Assembly (NCBI GenBank): GCA_036679605.1
Contig: JAZDCZ010000347.1
Span: 1-64,000 of the forward strand
Origin: Gemmatimonadota bacterium
Lineage (GTDB): Bacteria; Gemmatimonadota; Gemmatimonadetes; Gemmatimonadales; GWC2-71-9
Length of the DNA stretch: 64,000 bases
Direction: 5' to 3'
A program made the position numbers and the translations under genes. Below, piece after piece: positions 28,391 through 38,454 of the stretch; the first letter of the stretch is position 1; every line of letters begins with the position of its first letter. The notes under the pieces are model-generated. The model saw only the letters and a list, made by a program, of their open reading frames with translations. It did not search any database and had not been told where the DNA came from.

Positions 28391-29331
28391 AGAACTTTTC
28401 TCGATCTGTAGCCCTCCTGGTCGCTGTCGGCGCGGCGTTGCCAACCGGCACCGCCGCGCAACAGCGTGACCAACACCTGCGCCTTCCGCCAGGATGGAAC
28501 GATGCCTATTTCGAGAAGCTCGCCGAAGGACTCAGTCCCAAAACCGTCGTTGCGGTAATGGACTTTGCCGGCGGGGAGCTGCTCGAAAAGCGACTCCGTT
28601 TCCGAATGTCGGACATGCTTATCACGTCGCTCGTGCAGGCCGGGCGGTTCACGGTAGTAGAGCGCGAACGCATGAACGCCGTAATCGCCGAACAGAACTT
28701 GCAGCAGTCAGGGCGAGTCGATCCGGCAACTGCTGCTCGCCTCGGCAAATTGCTCGGCGCCGAACTGGTAGTGTTCGGACTCGTCACACAAGCCGCAGAT
28801 CAGAAGATCGACAAGTTCGCCTACGACCTCGTGCGAGTTGAGGTCGCCGTGGACGTTCGCGCCGTGAACACCACCTCAGCACGAGTTGTGATCTCCGAGA
28901 CCGCTCGGGGTACCGCCGAGGACAAGATCATCACCACGGCGAGCGGCGACGTGGTGAGTGGTCCTACCAACTACGATCCACTCTATCTGAACGCGACTGC
29001 CCAAGCACTCGACAACGCCGGTCAGCTGGTCTCGACTGCTGCGCCGCTCATCGGGTTCGTGATAAGCGTTAAAGGGCAGGAAGTAGTAGTCGACCTCGGC
29101 GCGGGACGAGGGGTCAAGCAGGGAGACCGATTCATCGTCTTCCGTCGCGGCGAGGAGCTGAAACACCCCGTAACTGACGAACGCATCGGATGGGACAAGA
29201 CTGTCCTCGCCGCACTCGAGATCGTTGCGACCGAGGAGAGCCTCTCGACGGGTAAGATAGTAACTGTTGTGGACCGCGAAGTGGTCATGAAGCCGGGCGA
29301 CTTAGTAATCTACAGCTCTACTGAACGGTAA
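28387..29331 (+). CDS. CsgG/HfaB-family protein with a FlgT-like C-terminal domain
   Basis: VAVMDF, LVQAGRFTVVER, EQNL, AARLGKLLGAE; C-terminal DLGAGRGVKQGDRF...HPVT. Confidence 0.82.
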   Translation: MKNFSRSVALLVAVGAALPTGTAAQQRDQHLRLPPGWNDAYFEKLAEGLSPKTVVAVMDFAGGELLEKRLRFRMSDMLITSLVQAGRFTVVERERMNAVIAEQNLQQSGRVDPATAARLGKLLGAELVVFGLVTQAADQKIDKFAYDLVRVEVAVDVRAVNTTSARVVISETARGTAEDKIITTASGDVVSGPTNYDPLYLNATAQALDNAGQLVSTAAPLIGFVISVKGQEVVVDLGAGRGVKQGDRFIVFRRGEELKHPVTDERIGWDKTVLAALEIVATEESLSTGKIVTVVDREVVMKPGDLVIYSSTER

Positions 29332-29360
29332 GATCGAAGCCGCTGCCGGAGAAAACGCGA

Positions 29361-30626
29361 ATGCGCCTTGCTAGAATTGTCTTGAGCTTGGTCGGCTTGG
29401 TCGCGCTCGCCGCCACCCAGCTACAGGCACAAGAAACAACACTCCTCCGTCCTGCCCGCGTGTTCGACGGAGTCGATCTGCACGAAAAGTGGGTAGTGCT
29501 GATCGAGGGCAACCGCATCGCGGCGGCCGGGCCTTCCAGCTCGGTCCGCGTACCACAGAGCACCCGCGTGATCGATCTCGCGGGCCTGACACTCACTCCC
29601 GGTCTCATCGAGGGACACTCGCACATCCTCCTCTACCCCTACAGTCAGACTCCGTGGAACCGGCAGGTCCTGGATGAGTCGCTCGGCTTGCGAACCGCCC
29701 GCGCCACGGTGCACGCACGGGCGAGCCTCATGGCCGGCGTGACGACGATGCGGGATCTGGGAACCGAAGGGGCAGGCTATGCCGACGTTGGAATCAAACA
29801 GGCAATTGAGCGCGGGGTTATCCCGGGACCACGACTTATCATCGCCACCCGGGCCATAGTCGCGACGGGCAGCTACAACCCCAAAGGAGCACCCGAGTTC
29901 TCATTGCCAAAAGGGGCTGAGGAGGCAGATGGGTACGACGATCTCGTTCGCGTAACCCGCGACCAAATCGGTCGGGGAGCCGACCTGATCAAGGTCTACG
30001 CCGACTACCGCTGGGGGCCGGATGGCACAACACAACCAACATTCACTCAAGACGAGTTGACGACCATAGTGCAAGTCGCGGAGAGTTCGGGTCGAAATGT
30101 CGTCGCACATGCGTCCACTTCAGAGGGAATGAAGCGCGCTACACTGGCCGGCGTTCGAACGATCGAGCACGGAGATGGCGGCACACGCGAGGTTTTCGCA
30201 TTGATGGCCGAACACGGAGTGGCACTATGCCCGACCCTGGCAGCTGGAGACGCCATTCTCCAGTACAATGGCTGGCACAAGGGGGTCGATCCGGAACCCG
30301 CACGCATCCAGCGTAAGCGGGAGAGTTTTCAGTGGGCGTTGGATGCAGGCGTACAGATATGCTTCGGCGGTGACGTTGGTGTTTATCCACACGGCGACAA
30401 CGTGAGAGAACTCGAGTTGATGGTGGAGTACGGCATGCCGACGCTCGATGCGCTGACCGCCGCAACATCAGGGAACGCGACTGCCTTTGGAATCGAAAAT
30501 CAGGTTGGACGCATCGCGGAGGGCCTGCTGGCAGATGTCATCGCTGTTGACGGAGATCCGACGCAGGACATCTCTGCGCTCCGGAAGGTGCGGTTCGTGA
30601 TGAAGGACGGGAAGGTCTACCGATAG
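29361..30626 (+). CDS. Secreted metal-dependent amidohydrolase (Xaa-Pro dipeptidase-like)
   Basis: PGLIEGHSH, GVTTMRDLG, IK, AHA, IEHG, GGD; signal peptide. Confidence 0.88.
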   Translation: MRLARIVLSLVGLVALAATQLQAQETTLLRPARVFDGVDLHEKWVVLIEGNRIAAAGPSSSVRVPQSTRVIDLAGLTLTPGLIEGHSHILLYPYSQTPWNRQVLDESLGLRTARATVHARASLMAGVTTMRDLGTEGAGYADVGIKQAIERGVIPGPRLIIATRAIVATGSYNPKGAPEFSLPKGAEEADGYDDLVRVTRDQIGRGADLIKVYADYRWGPDGTTQPTFTQDELTTIVQVAESSGRNVVAHASTSEGMKRATLAGVRTIEHGDGGTREVFALMAEHGVALCPTLAAGDAILQYNGWHKGVDPEPARIQRKRESFQWALDAGVQICFGGDVGVYPHGDNVRELELMVEYGMPTLDALTAATSGNATAFGIENQVGRIAEGLLADVIAVDGDPTQDISALRKVRFVMKDGKVYR

Positions 30627-30647
30627 ATATGATCCGGCCCGACCGGA

Positions 30648-31904
30648 TCAGGCACCCAACCTCAACGCCAGATACACCACCGTCGTACCACCTAGTAGTA
30701 CCAGTCCCAGGTATGAGAGCGCGAGCATCGCTCGCCCGGGTCGTTGCTCCCGTGGTACGTCACTCGATGTTACCGTACGCAAGTTCAGGTACCCCAACAC
30801 CGGTGCCGTTGCAAACGTAAAGATCGTCGCAAAGTCGATCATCGGTGTGAGATTGTCGGTGAAGAAACTCAGTCCCACGACGTTGAGCACACCAAACACC
30901 GTCATCGTAACCCAGTAGCTCGGGCCTATCGAACTATCCGCGCCCGGTTCGTCTCTTGAACCTATGTTCTTGGTGCAACGGTCTATGGCACGAGGGAACC
31001 CGTCGATGACGACGAGCGTGGTCGAAAAAATCGTCGTGAGAACTGCCACTAGCACCAATGGCCGTGTCGCGCTACCCAGCGTGCGAGTGTAAAGGTCGAC
31101 CAATTGCGTGCTAAAAACCGGTCCCGCCTGGCTGAACTCTTGCCCCTCGCCAAACATCACCGCAGTCCCCAACAGTAGAAAAGCAAACGCCAAAATACTC
31201 GTGCCCACGTAACCGATCTTGAAGTCGAGGTTGGCAGCGGCAACGCTGGCGCGTTCCCCCACCGTCCTGTCTTTCGCTAGCGTCCAGAGCGAACTCATGA
31301 CGGACACTTCGACGGCGGATGGCATGAAACCAACCAAGGCCAGCAAGAAGCCAAGGCGAATCGTTGTGCCTGACGCCGGCCAGAGCCCCGCGGTCGAGAA
31401 GTCGACACGCGGCGCCGCCATCCCGGCCGCGATCAAGGTAGAAACAGCGAGAGCTGCTACCACAGCTTTGACCGCGTAATCGAGGCCACGGAATCGTCCG
31501 GCAATCAGAAGTGCGGCACACCCAACGTACACCGATCCGCCGATCACCCAGATCGGCCACGTGAGTCCGAACGCAAACCGTAATAGAAAAGACATAAAGA
31601 GCAGAATCGCAACTTGATGGATTACGGCCGTGACAAGAGTCATCAGGAAGTACAGCCACAGGGCCCAGGACCCGATCCGACGATACCCCTCGACCAAACT
31701 CTTGCCCGTCGCGGCAGCGTATCGCGGGCCGTATTCAAAAAAGGGGTACTTGACGATTAGAGCGAGGAGAATGACGCCGGCCAATCCGAATCCCGCCATC
31801 GCACCGGCGCGCGTCGACTGCACCAGATGAGACACGCCTATGGCGGCCGCCGCCCACATGAGTCCGGGGCCAAAGGCTTTCCAGAACCCTGGCGGCAATT
31901 TCAC
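30648..31904 (-). CDS. Nramp-like divalent metal cation transporter
   Basis: GPGLMWAAAAIGVSHLVQSTRAGA, KYPFFEYGPRY, GFMPS; about 11 TM segments. Confidence 0.82.
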   Translation of the reverse strand: MKLPPGFWKAFGPGLMWAAAAIGVSHLVQSTRAGAMAGFGLAGVILLALIVKYPFFEYGPRYAAATGKSLVEGYRRIGSWALWLYFLMTLVTAVIHQVAILLFMSFLLRFAFGLTWPIWVIGGSVYVGCAALLIAGRFRGLDYAVKAVVAALAVSTLIAAGMAAPRVDFSTAGLWPASGTTIRLGFLLALVGFMPSAVEVSVMSSLWTLAKDRTVGERASVAAANLDFKIGYVGTSILAFAFLLLGTAVMFGEGQEFSQAGPVFSTQLVDLYTRTLGSATRPLVLVAVLTTIFSTTLVVIDGFPRAIDRCTKNIGSRDEPGADSSIGPSYWVTMTVFGVLNVVGLSFFTDNLTPMIDFATIFTFATAPVLGYLNLRTVTSSDVPREQRPGRAMLALSYLGLVLLGGTTVVYLALRLGA

Positions 31905-31959
31905 CTTCTCAGATCGACCACTGAGCTAGGTTACCTTCGATATTCCCAAGTACTACCGG

Positions 31960-33705
31960 TCAGAACACCCAAGTTGCAATCAGCCCGACGGCAACGTATC
32001 GATAGTCGGTGTCTCCTGTTGCAAAGGTCGAGGCCCCGGAGCGGGAATACACGACCTTGAACCCGACGTCTCGCCCGGGTGCCACGAGATATGTTACCCG
32101 ACCGTCCAAACCGATCACGCCATCCAGCGACCCATCCGATCCGATCTGCTGCAATCCAGGCGCAGCCTCCGCGACAAGACGCCAAGCTTCGAAATCGTGA
32201 TGCCAGCTGACCGGCGTCTCTACAAGCAGGTAGAAATTTGGATCGAAATATCCATCGGTCAGATCCTTTTCATAACCGAACGCCCGAAATCGGCCGCCGA
32301 CGCCCCAGCCATTGGCGATCTCCCGGGTTACCGAGAAGCGGCCCAGAGTCCTATTGTTGTCTTGCGTGCCCGACAAGGTGGCACGAGATATTTCGGCAAT
32401 GAGCGCCCAACCCCGACTCGGCGACGTGCTGGCTACTGCAGTAAGTTCGGCGATAGAAACTCCCTTCTCTATCAACAAGGCTGTGGCATCGACAGATCCA
32501 CGCCGATACGTCACGGCGCCGTTTACGGGATACCGACGGGGAGTCGACACACTCGCGAACCCGTTGAAGAAAGTACGGCCGGTGATCCCGTTTGACCCGC
32601 TGGCACCAACTGCACCCGTGATATTCCAACCGGGCACCAAATATCCCGTCAAACTCACCGTCGCACCCTCGGCAGAGCGATCGGGAACGCCTATCCTAAA
32701 CTCCGTCTGCCTGAAATAGCCATCAAAGCCTACAGCAAGTCGCGGGTGTGGATGCCAACCAGTTCTCAACTGGAACGTGGTCATGTCGTTGCCATCGGAG
32801 TCGTTCTCGCGCGTGATCGCAGCTCTCGCCCGAGGGCCCAACACGGAGTGAAGTTCTCGTCGCTCGTCCTGCATGACATTTTCGTCAGACGGTTCGGCTC
32901 CTGGCGCCTGGACCATAAGCTCGAAGGCCTCTGCGGCTCGACCCTGCCAGCGCAGAGTCTGCGACAGACCCGCGATGGACTCCCCCTCGGTTGGGTCCAA
33001 CTCGATCGCTCGCTGCCACATATCTTCGGCGTCGATCAGGTCCCCACTCCATGCCGTCGATCGAGCAAGGCCGCGGAGCGCTTGCAGGTCAGTGGAGTCG
33101 TCGCTCATGATGGATTGGTAAATCGTACGAGAGGAATCCAGTTTCCGGGACCAGGCAAGTGCCTGCGCCAATCCAAGCCGTGCGCTCCGCCGCGCAGCAC
33201 TGGGGTTGGGCGCAACCTCGAGGAGCCTCTCATAGTTCGCCCGCGCCTCATCTACCTGACCATCCCAGGACGCCACCTGCGCCCTAAGTTCGAGCAGACC
33301 GAGATGTCGCGGACTGCGTTCCATTAACGAGTCTAGGGCCCGGCGGCTACTGGAGAGGTCGCCTCCCCAGGCAATGACCCTAGCCCGATCTACCTGCGCG
33401 TCGACATTGTCAGGCGACACCTGCACCAGTTGATCCAACAGGATGACTCCCTCCTGGTAACGCTGCGTCCATGCCAGGATCATACCCAGGCGATACAGTG
33501 CCTCGGCGTCGCCAGAGTCAGCCGCCAGCCGCTGAGAGTAGAGACGTTCGGCCGCTGCGAGGTCTCTGCGGCCCCACGCCTCGCCCGCGGCATCTTCCTG
33601 GGCCCACACAGATTCGCAGATCGTCAATCCGAGCAAAACCGCAAGAAACCCGCCGAAGAAAGGTCGGGCGGTACACAAAATGCTAGGCGCTAAAGGGTGT
33701 TTCAT
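31960..33705 (-). CDS. TPR-repeat protein with a C-terminal outer-membrane beta-barrel (YaiO/PgaA/BcsC-like architecture)
   Basis: Signal peptide; TPRs each containing a W (LAW, IAW, ASW); amphipathic beta-strands, GYFDP, terminal WVF. Confidence 0.75.
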   Translation of the reverse strand: MKHPLAPSILCTARPFFGGFLAVLLGLTICESVWAQEDAAGEAWGRRDLAAAERLYSQRLAADSGDAEALYRLGMILAWTQRYQEGVILLDQLVQVSPDNVDAQVDRARVIAWGGDLSSSRRALDSLMERSPRHLGLLELRAQVASWDGQVDEARANYERLLEVAPNPSAARRSARLGLAQALAWSRKLDSSRTIYQSIMSDDSTDLQALRGLARSTAWSGDLIDAEDMWQRAIELDPTEGESIAGLSQTLRWQGRAAEAFELMVQAPGAEPSDENVMQDERRELHSVLGPRARAAITRENDSDGNDMTTFQLRTGWHPHPRLAVGFDGYFRQTEFRIGVPDRSAEGATVSLTGYLVPGWNITGAVGASGSNGITGRTFFNGFASVSTPRRYPVNGAVTYRRGSVDATALLIEKGVSIAELTAVASTSPSRGWALIAEISRATLSGTQDNNRTLGRFSVTREIANGWGVGGRFRAFGYEKDLTDGYFDPNFYLLVETPVSWHHDFEAWRLVAEAAPGLQQIGSDGSLDGVIGLDGRVTYLVAPGRDVGFKVVYSRSGASTFATGDTDYRYVAVGLIATWVF

Positions 33706-33724
33706 AGCAATAATTTGTCAGCAA

Positions 33725-33759
33725 TGTTTCGTCATATCCGATCGGCAGATGAGGAAACA
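33725..33759. promoter_or_regulatory. Inverted repeat in a divergent promoter region
   Basis: TGTTTCGTCAT (33725-33735) and ATGAGGAAACA (33749-33759), one mismatch, around the palindrome CCGATCGG. Confidence 0.45.
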
Positions 33760-33864
33760 ATAACGCCCGTGTCCCCTGTAAGAGAAGTAGGCAATAGAGG
33801 TGCTGATCATTGGGACTCCGGTGTATATTCCCGTTCCCCAACAGAGACGATAGAGGCACCCCGC

Positions 33865-35286
33865 ATGGACGACTCAGTAAGAGACAAAGGCACCATCTTC
33901 AATAAGTCGGTGGCCCTCTTCGCCCTAGTGCTGATATTCGGTTGTTCGGATGGGTCTTTTACAGATCCGACCGGAGAGTCTCAAGACTCCCAGCCTGGGG
34001 TCGCCACCGAGCAGGTAGCCCACCTAGTCGTTCAGAACGACGCAACCGTCTTGCGGCAGCGAGTGACCTATATGGGCGGGCTGCAATTGGTGCTGACTCC
34101 GCTGCCGGCCAGTGTCGCACCCAACACGGCGGCGAGCAATCAAGACGACGACGATGAAGACGACTTCCGCATGCTGCTCGTTGCCGAGGTCGCCTCTCCC
34201 GAACTAAACGGTACCACGCTCCAGGCCACACACGTTGTCGTCCGCGGCAAGAGTGCGCTTGTATCCTACAACGTTCAGGGTGCCGAGCGAGCTGGCGGAG
34301 TGGACGTATTAGACGTTCACAATTTGGACGAAGTAATACTCACCTCTGAGGCCTTGTTCTTAAATACCGATGTTGGCGCGCTCGATCTACATGACCGGCG
34401 GCTCTTTCTAGCCACTTCCACCGGCGACGAAGGGTTTGAATCGCCTGCAGTGCTCGAAGTAATCCAAATGGACAAGGATACGCTTACCGAAGAGACAGTT
34501 AGGGTCGATCTACCGAGTTTTGCCGGCACCGGAGTCGTAGCCCATGGTAACTCGGTGTTCGTAACCTCCGGGACAGGCGGACCAGGGGTAGGGGGACTGT
34601 CTGCTTTCAGTCTCAATAGCCTCGAACGCAACTTCTTCGCAGAATTCCCCGACGCTAGGGCAGTGGACATTCACGGGAGCGAAGTCGTTGCGATGCGCGG
34701 CACGCCCGGTGAAATACGAATATTCGATAGAGGCTCGGGAGAGTTGGAACGCGTTTTTCCGTCGGGAGGCGCAAATATTGCGGAATCCAAGTCCACAGTG
34801 CAGGTGGCGCGCGGTCTGATATTCTACGCTGCAGGCGACGAAGGGCTAAGGGTTGTGGACTTCAAGACCGGCGACGTCGTTGCCGAGCTTCCCGTACCCG
34901 ACATCAAGGGAGTTGATCCGGCTAACGCCGTTACAAACGCCGTCTCAATCCACGGCAATTTGGTGTTCCTCGCTAATGGCGGGGCCGGGCTGTTTGTCGC
35001 ACGAGCGAACAAGGACCTGGACGACGAAGACGACGAAGATGAAACCGGAGACGGCGGCGGGAACCAGGACACGTTCGGCATCGACCTCCTAGGACGCGTA
35101 GAGTTCCCCGACGGGGAGTCCGTCAACTTTGTAGGTGGCCGAGGAAACCTGTTGTTCGTGGCCACGGGCAGAGGTGGACTCAAGATCATCAAGATCGAGC
35201 GAGATGACGACGACGACAACGAGAACGATGAAGACGATGATGGTGATGACGACGAGGGAAATGATGACGATGACGACGGTAACTAG
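33865..35286 (+). CDS. LVIVD-like beta-propeller lipoprotein with Asp/Glu-rich tracts
   Basis: AGAGG RBS before ATG 33865; lipobox IFGC; blades such as GDEGLRVVD, ANGGAGLFV, TGRGGLKII; acidic tail. Confidence 0.75.
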   Translation: MDDSVRDKGTIFNKSVALFALVLIFGCSDGSFTDPTGESQDSQPGVATEQVAHLVVQNDATVLRQRVTYMGGLQLVLTPLPASVAPNTAASNQDDDDEDDFRMLLVAEVASPELNGTTLQATHVVVRGKSALVSYNVQGAERAGGVDVLDVHNLDEVILTSEALFLNTDVGALDLHDRRLFLATSTGDEGFESPAVLEVIQMDKDTLTEETVRVDLPSFAGTGVVAHGNSVFVTSGTGGPGVGGLSAFSLNSLERNFFAEFPDARAVDIHGSEVVAMRGTPGEIRIFDRGSGELERVFPSGGANIAESKSTVQVARGLIFYAAGDEGLRVVDFKTGDVVAELPVPDIKGVDPANAVTNAVSIHGNLVFLANGGAGLFVARANKDLDDEDDEDETGDGGGNQDTFGIDLLGRVEFPDGESVNFVGGRGNLLFVATGRGGLKIIKIERDDDDDNENDEDDDGDDDEGNDDDDDGN

Positions 35287-36689
35287 GATTCAAATCCGCG
35301 GCGGCGCATCTCCCCCCAGTGCTTGAAGCCCCATAGTGCATTCCAGAAACCCTTGAGCCGCCAGAAAACTGTAAGTTGGCGATACCCAAAGGGCTCCACT
35401 AAGGCATATCCTACCAAGCGGAAGAGATCGCTAAACCGACCGTAGACCCTGAACGTCGTTTCCTCGAGAATTATGGCACTAATACTCAAAAGCACTTGAT
35501 ACCCAAGCGCCACCGCAAAAAACAGTAGCGCGAATTGCAAGCTCAGGATCCCCAAGACCATTCCCAATATCGTGAGCAGATAACCCATGACTTCGGCCAC
35601 CGGCGCAAGCATCTCGCCGAAGAAGAAGAATGGCATCGTTACCATGCCCACCCTACCGAACTTGGGATTGAACAAGAGCCGGAGGTGAGACGTCATAGTA
35701 ACTATGAGACCACGGTGCCACCGTTCGCGCTGCCGTCCATGAGTGCGTAAGTCTGACGGAACCTCCGTCCATGCCACGGGATCGGGTACGAACGGGATGT
35801 CATAGGGGACTCCCTCTTTCCGAAGGTGCTCGTGCAGGCGTACCACGATGTCGAGGTCCTCAACCACATTACCCGAAGTGTATCCGCCGATGTCCAACAG
35901 ATAGTGCCGCTGAAACAAGCCAAACGCCCCGGAGATTATCAGGTTGCCACCCAACTTGTTCCACCCAAGACGGCCGAACAGAAATGCTCGCAAGTATTCG
36001 GGAACCTGTACGGCAGAGAGGAAACCACGAGGCACACGCGCATCTACGACGTGTGCGTGTTCGACCCTGCAGCCATTGGCCACTCGGATCGAACCACCGG
36101 CGGCGGCCACGTTTTCACCTAGGAGGAACGGACGAACAAGTCGCAGTAGAGCATCTCGAGCAACCAACGTGTCGGCATCGACAGCCACAACAAGCGGGTA
36201 CCGCGCTGAGGTCAATGCAACGTTCAACGAATCTGCCTTGCCTCCGTTTTCCTTGTCAATAACGAGAAGCCGGCTGCGCGTTCGCGATCGATAGAACGCC
36301 CGGACCGGTTGCGTTTCGATTTGTCGCGGGAATGCCGGAGGTACCTCGTACAGATCGAAGCTCGCTTGTAGTCGGTGCATCGTGTCATCGTCGGACCCGT
36401 CGTTCACAACGATCACCTCGTGCTGCGGGTACTCGAGAGCTAGCTGTGCCGCCACACTCTCGGTAATACTGGCTTCCATGTTATGAGCTGGAATAATGAT
36501 CGAAATCGGAGGCAACGCCTCCGATCCGACATAGCTCTTGAGATCCTCCAGCCGCATGATGTTCCAGTGTTTCCAAATCTCCGGGACAGCGAGCAGGAGC
36601 AGGAGCGCATAGAAGGAATTGACCGCGAGAAAATACCATATGATCGCGTGGTCGGCAGACACTATAGCGGAGACAATGAGATCGTACAT
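35283..36689 (-). CDS. Processive GT2 glycosyltransferase (PgaC/IcaA-like polysaccharide synthase)
   Basis: PAHN, VNDGSDD, KENGGKAD, VDAD, VED, QRERW; N- and C-terminal TM helices. Confidence 0.9.
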   Translation of the reverse strand: MYDLIVSAIVSADHAIIWYFLAVNSFYALLLLLAVPEIWKHWNIMRLEDLKSYVGSEALPPISIIIPAHNMEASITESVAAQLALEYPQHEVIVVNDGSDDDTMHRLQASFDLYEVPPAFPRQIETQPVRAFYRSRTRSRLLVIDKENGGKADSLNVALTSARYPLVVAVDADTLVARDALLRLVRPFLLGENVAAAGGSIRVANGCRVEHAHVVDARVPRGFLSAVQVPEYLRAFLFGRLGWNKLGGNLIISGAFGLFQRHYLLDIGGYTSGNVVEDLDIVVRLHEHLRKEGVPYDIPFVPDPVAWTEVPSDLRTHGRQRERWHRGLIVTMTSHLRLLFNPKFGRVGMVTMPFFFFGEMLAPVAEVMGYLLTILGMVLGILSLQFALLFFAVALGYQVLLSISAIILEETTFRVYGRFSDLFRLVGYALVEPFGYRQLTVFWRLKGFWNALWGFKHWGEMRRRGFES

Positions 36690-36693
36690 CAGT

Positions 36694-37755
36694 TCAAGCC
36701 GAATAGTCCTTCACCGCGGCCTCGGTGAGCCGTAGTGCATAGTTTGCCATCTCGCTCGCGTAGCGATCGTCGCCGCTCGCCACTGCCTTGAGTTCTGTTG
36801 TGCCACACGTACCTATCTGCCGGAGTGCAATCGCAGCTCGAAGCCGCACCCACCAGTTGGCGTCCTGCAGCGCCCCACGGAGCACCTCTGCTGACCGGTC
36901 GTGACCAATTATGCCGAGCGCAGACGCAGCTCGTGTCCGAACCTCCCACTTGGTATCAGCAAGCATCGTTTCTAGCGCGGCGCCGGCGCACTCTCCACCA
37001 TAATGGGCAAGCGCGCGTGCAACCGCCCCCCGGACGCCCTTGTCTTCGTGATCTGCAAGTTCCAGGACACGATCCTTCAAGTCGGGAGCAGTGAGCGCGC
37101 CAGCTAGCCTAACCAAGTCGCATAGTTCGAAGACCGATCGGGGAGCCGACAACCTAGTCTTCAACACCGGCACTAGCGGCGGCCCAACTTCGACTAGTTT
37201 GTCGAACATGTACTGCCGCACCACTCGACGGGCGCTTACCGCCTCGCCGAGTAGGGCCTCCAGAATATCCGGGTCGTGCAATTGTGAGACTATCGAGATC
37301 GCTGCGAGCTTGACGGCCGCGTGTCTATCTCCAATGAGCAACCGAGCTGCCTCGAGATCCGCCTCGGCACCGAGAATCGCAAGCGCTCTCGCACTCATGA
37401 GGCGATGCCACCAAAGGCGCGATCGCACGTAGCGAGTAGTGACAGTCAAATACCAATGCGATAGCCTGATATACCCCGCAACCAATTCCCATCTGTCGGC
37501 ATGATTTTGACTTGCATGCTGTTGCAAAACGGCAGTTACGTTGTCAAACCCACAGCGGTCGATTTCTTGCACCAGTTCTTCACTGGTCAGTTGACCATTC
37601 AGAGTTTTGTGAACGGCTAGGCTCAGGCGACTTTGTTCACGTTCACGCCTCACTATGCGAATGGAAGTTCGCCACCGACGTACTGCCAGAAATATGAAGG
37701 TGACAACCAGGAAGGCGCCCTGCCCTATGGCAATCACAATGAGAAAAGTCTTCAT
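36694..37755 (-). CDS. Membrane-anchored HEAT-repeat protein
   Basis: N-terminal TM helix; HEAT units such as VRGAVARAL, WEVRTRAASALG, WWVRLRAAIAL; ends 4 nt before the GT2 start. Confidence 0.82.
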   Translation of the reverse strand: MKTFLIVIAIGQGAFLVVTFIFLAVRRWRTSIRIVRREREQSRLSLAVHKTLNGQLTSEELVQEIDRCGFDNVTAVLQQHASQNHADRWELVAGYIRLSHWYLTVTTRYVRSRLWWHRLMSARALAILGAEADLEAARLLIGDRHAAVKLAAISIVSQLHDPDILEALLGEAVSARRVVRQYMFDKLVEVGPPLVPVLKTRLSAPRSVFELCDLVRLAGALTAPDLKDRVLELADHEDKGVRGAVARALAHYGGECAGAALETMLADTKWEVRTRAASALGIIGHDRSAEVLRGALQDANWWVRLRAAIALRQIGTCGTTELKAVASGDDRYASEMANYALRLTEAAVKDYSA

Positions 37756-37941
37756 GGAAGCAAACAACCTCGGTTCTGAGTCCTGTCCTGCGCCTGCTCG
37801 GTGAGCCAACGGCCACCGAGCGGTACGATGATGCGCGGCGCGTAAGATGCACACTGGGCCTCAAGAGCGCGAGTGCCGGTTACTTGACCCGATATCTAAG
37901 GCTACCTTGAGCTCACGACTGGAACTCAAACAGGTGAAGCC

Positions 37942-38445
37942 ATGGCCGCACAATCATCGTTCGATATATCGACCGGCGCCGATCTCCAGGAGGTCGATAA
38001 CGCTGTCAACCAGGCACGGAAGGAGGTCGCGCAGCGCTACGACTTTAAGGGAACGCACTGTACGATAGAGTTCGACCGAAAGAGCGCATCAATCAAATTA
38101 GAAGCGGACGACGACTACCGCATCAAGGCGTTGTGGGATGTCCTGCAATCGAAGCTCGTTCGCCGCAAGGTCCCGACCAAGAATGTGACCGCCAGCGATC
38201 CCGAGCCGGCGGGCGGGGCCCGGGTTAGGCAGCAGATCTCCCTGCAACAGAGCATTCCACCAGATACGGCGCGCGCGATCGTGAAGGACATCAAGGATCA
38301 AAAATTGAAGAAGGTGCAGGCAGCCATTCAGGGAGACGAGGTGCGAGTGTCGTCACCCTCGCGCGATGCTTTGCAGGCTGTGATCGAGTTCCTCAAGGCC
38401 CAGGACTACGGTGTAGAGCTGAGTTTCGGGAACTATAGGGGGTAG
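37942..38445 (+). CDS. yajQ: YajQ-family nucleotide (c-di-GMP)-binding protein
   Basis: SFDI...EVDNAVNQ...RYDFKG, KVQAAIQGDEVRV, RDALQ, FGNYR. Confidence 0.95.
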   Translation: MAAQSSFDISTGADLQEVDNAVNQARKEVAQRYDFKGTHCTIEFDRKSASIKLEADDDYRIKALWDVLQSKLVRRKVPTKNVTASDPEPAGGARVRQQISLQQSIPPDTARAIVKDIKDQKLKKVQAAIQGDEVRVSSPSRDALQAVIEFLKAQDYGVELSFGNYRG

Positions 38446-38454
38446 GGTAGGTCC

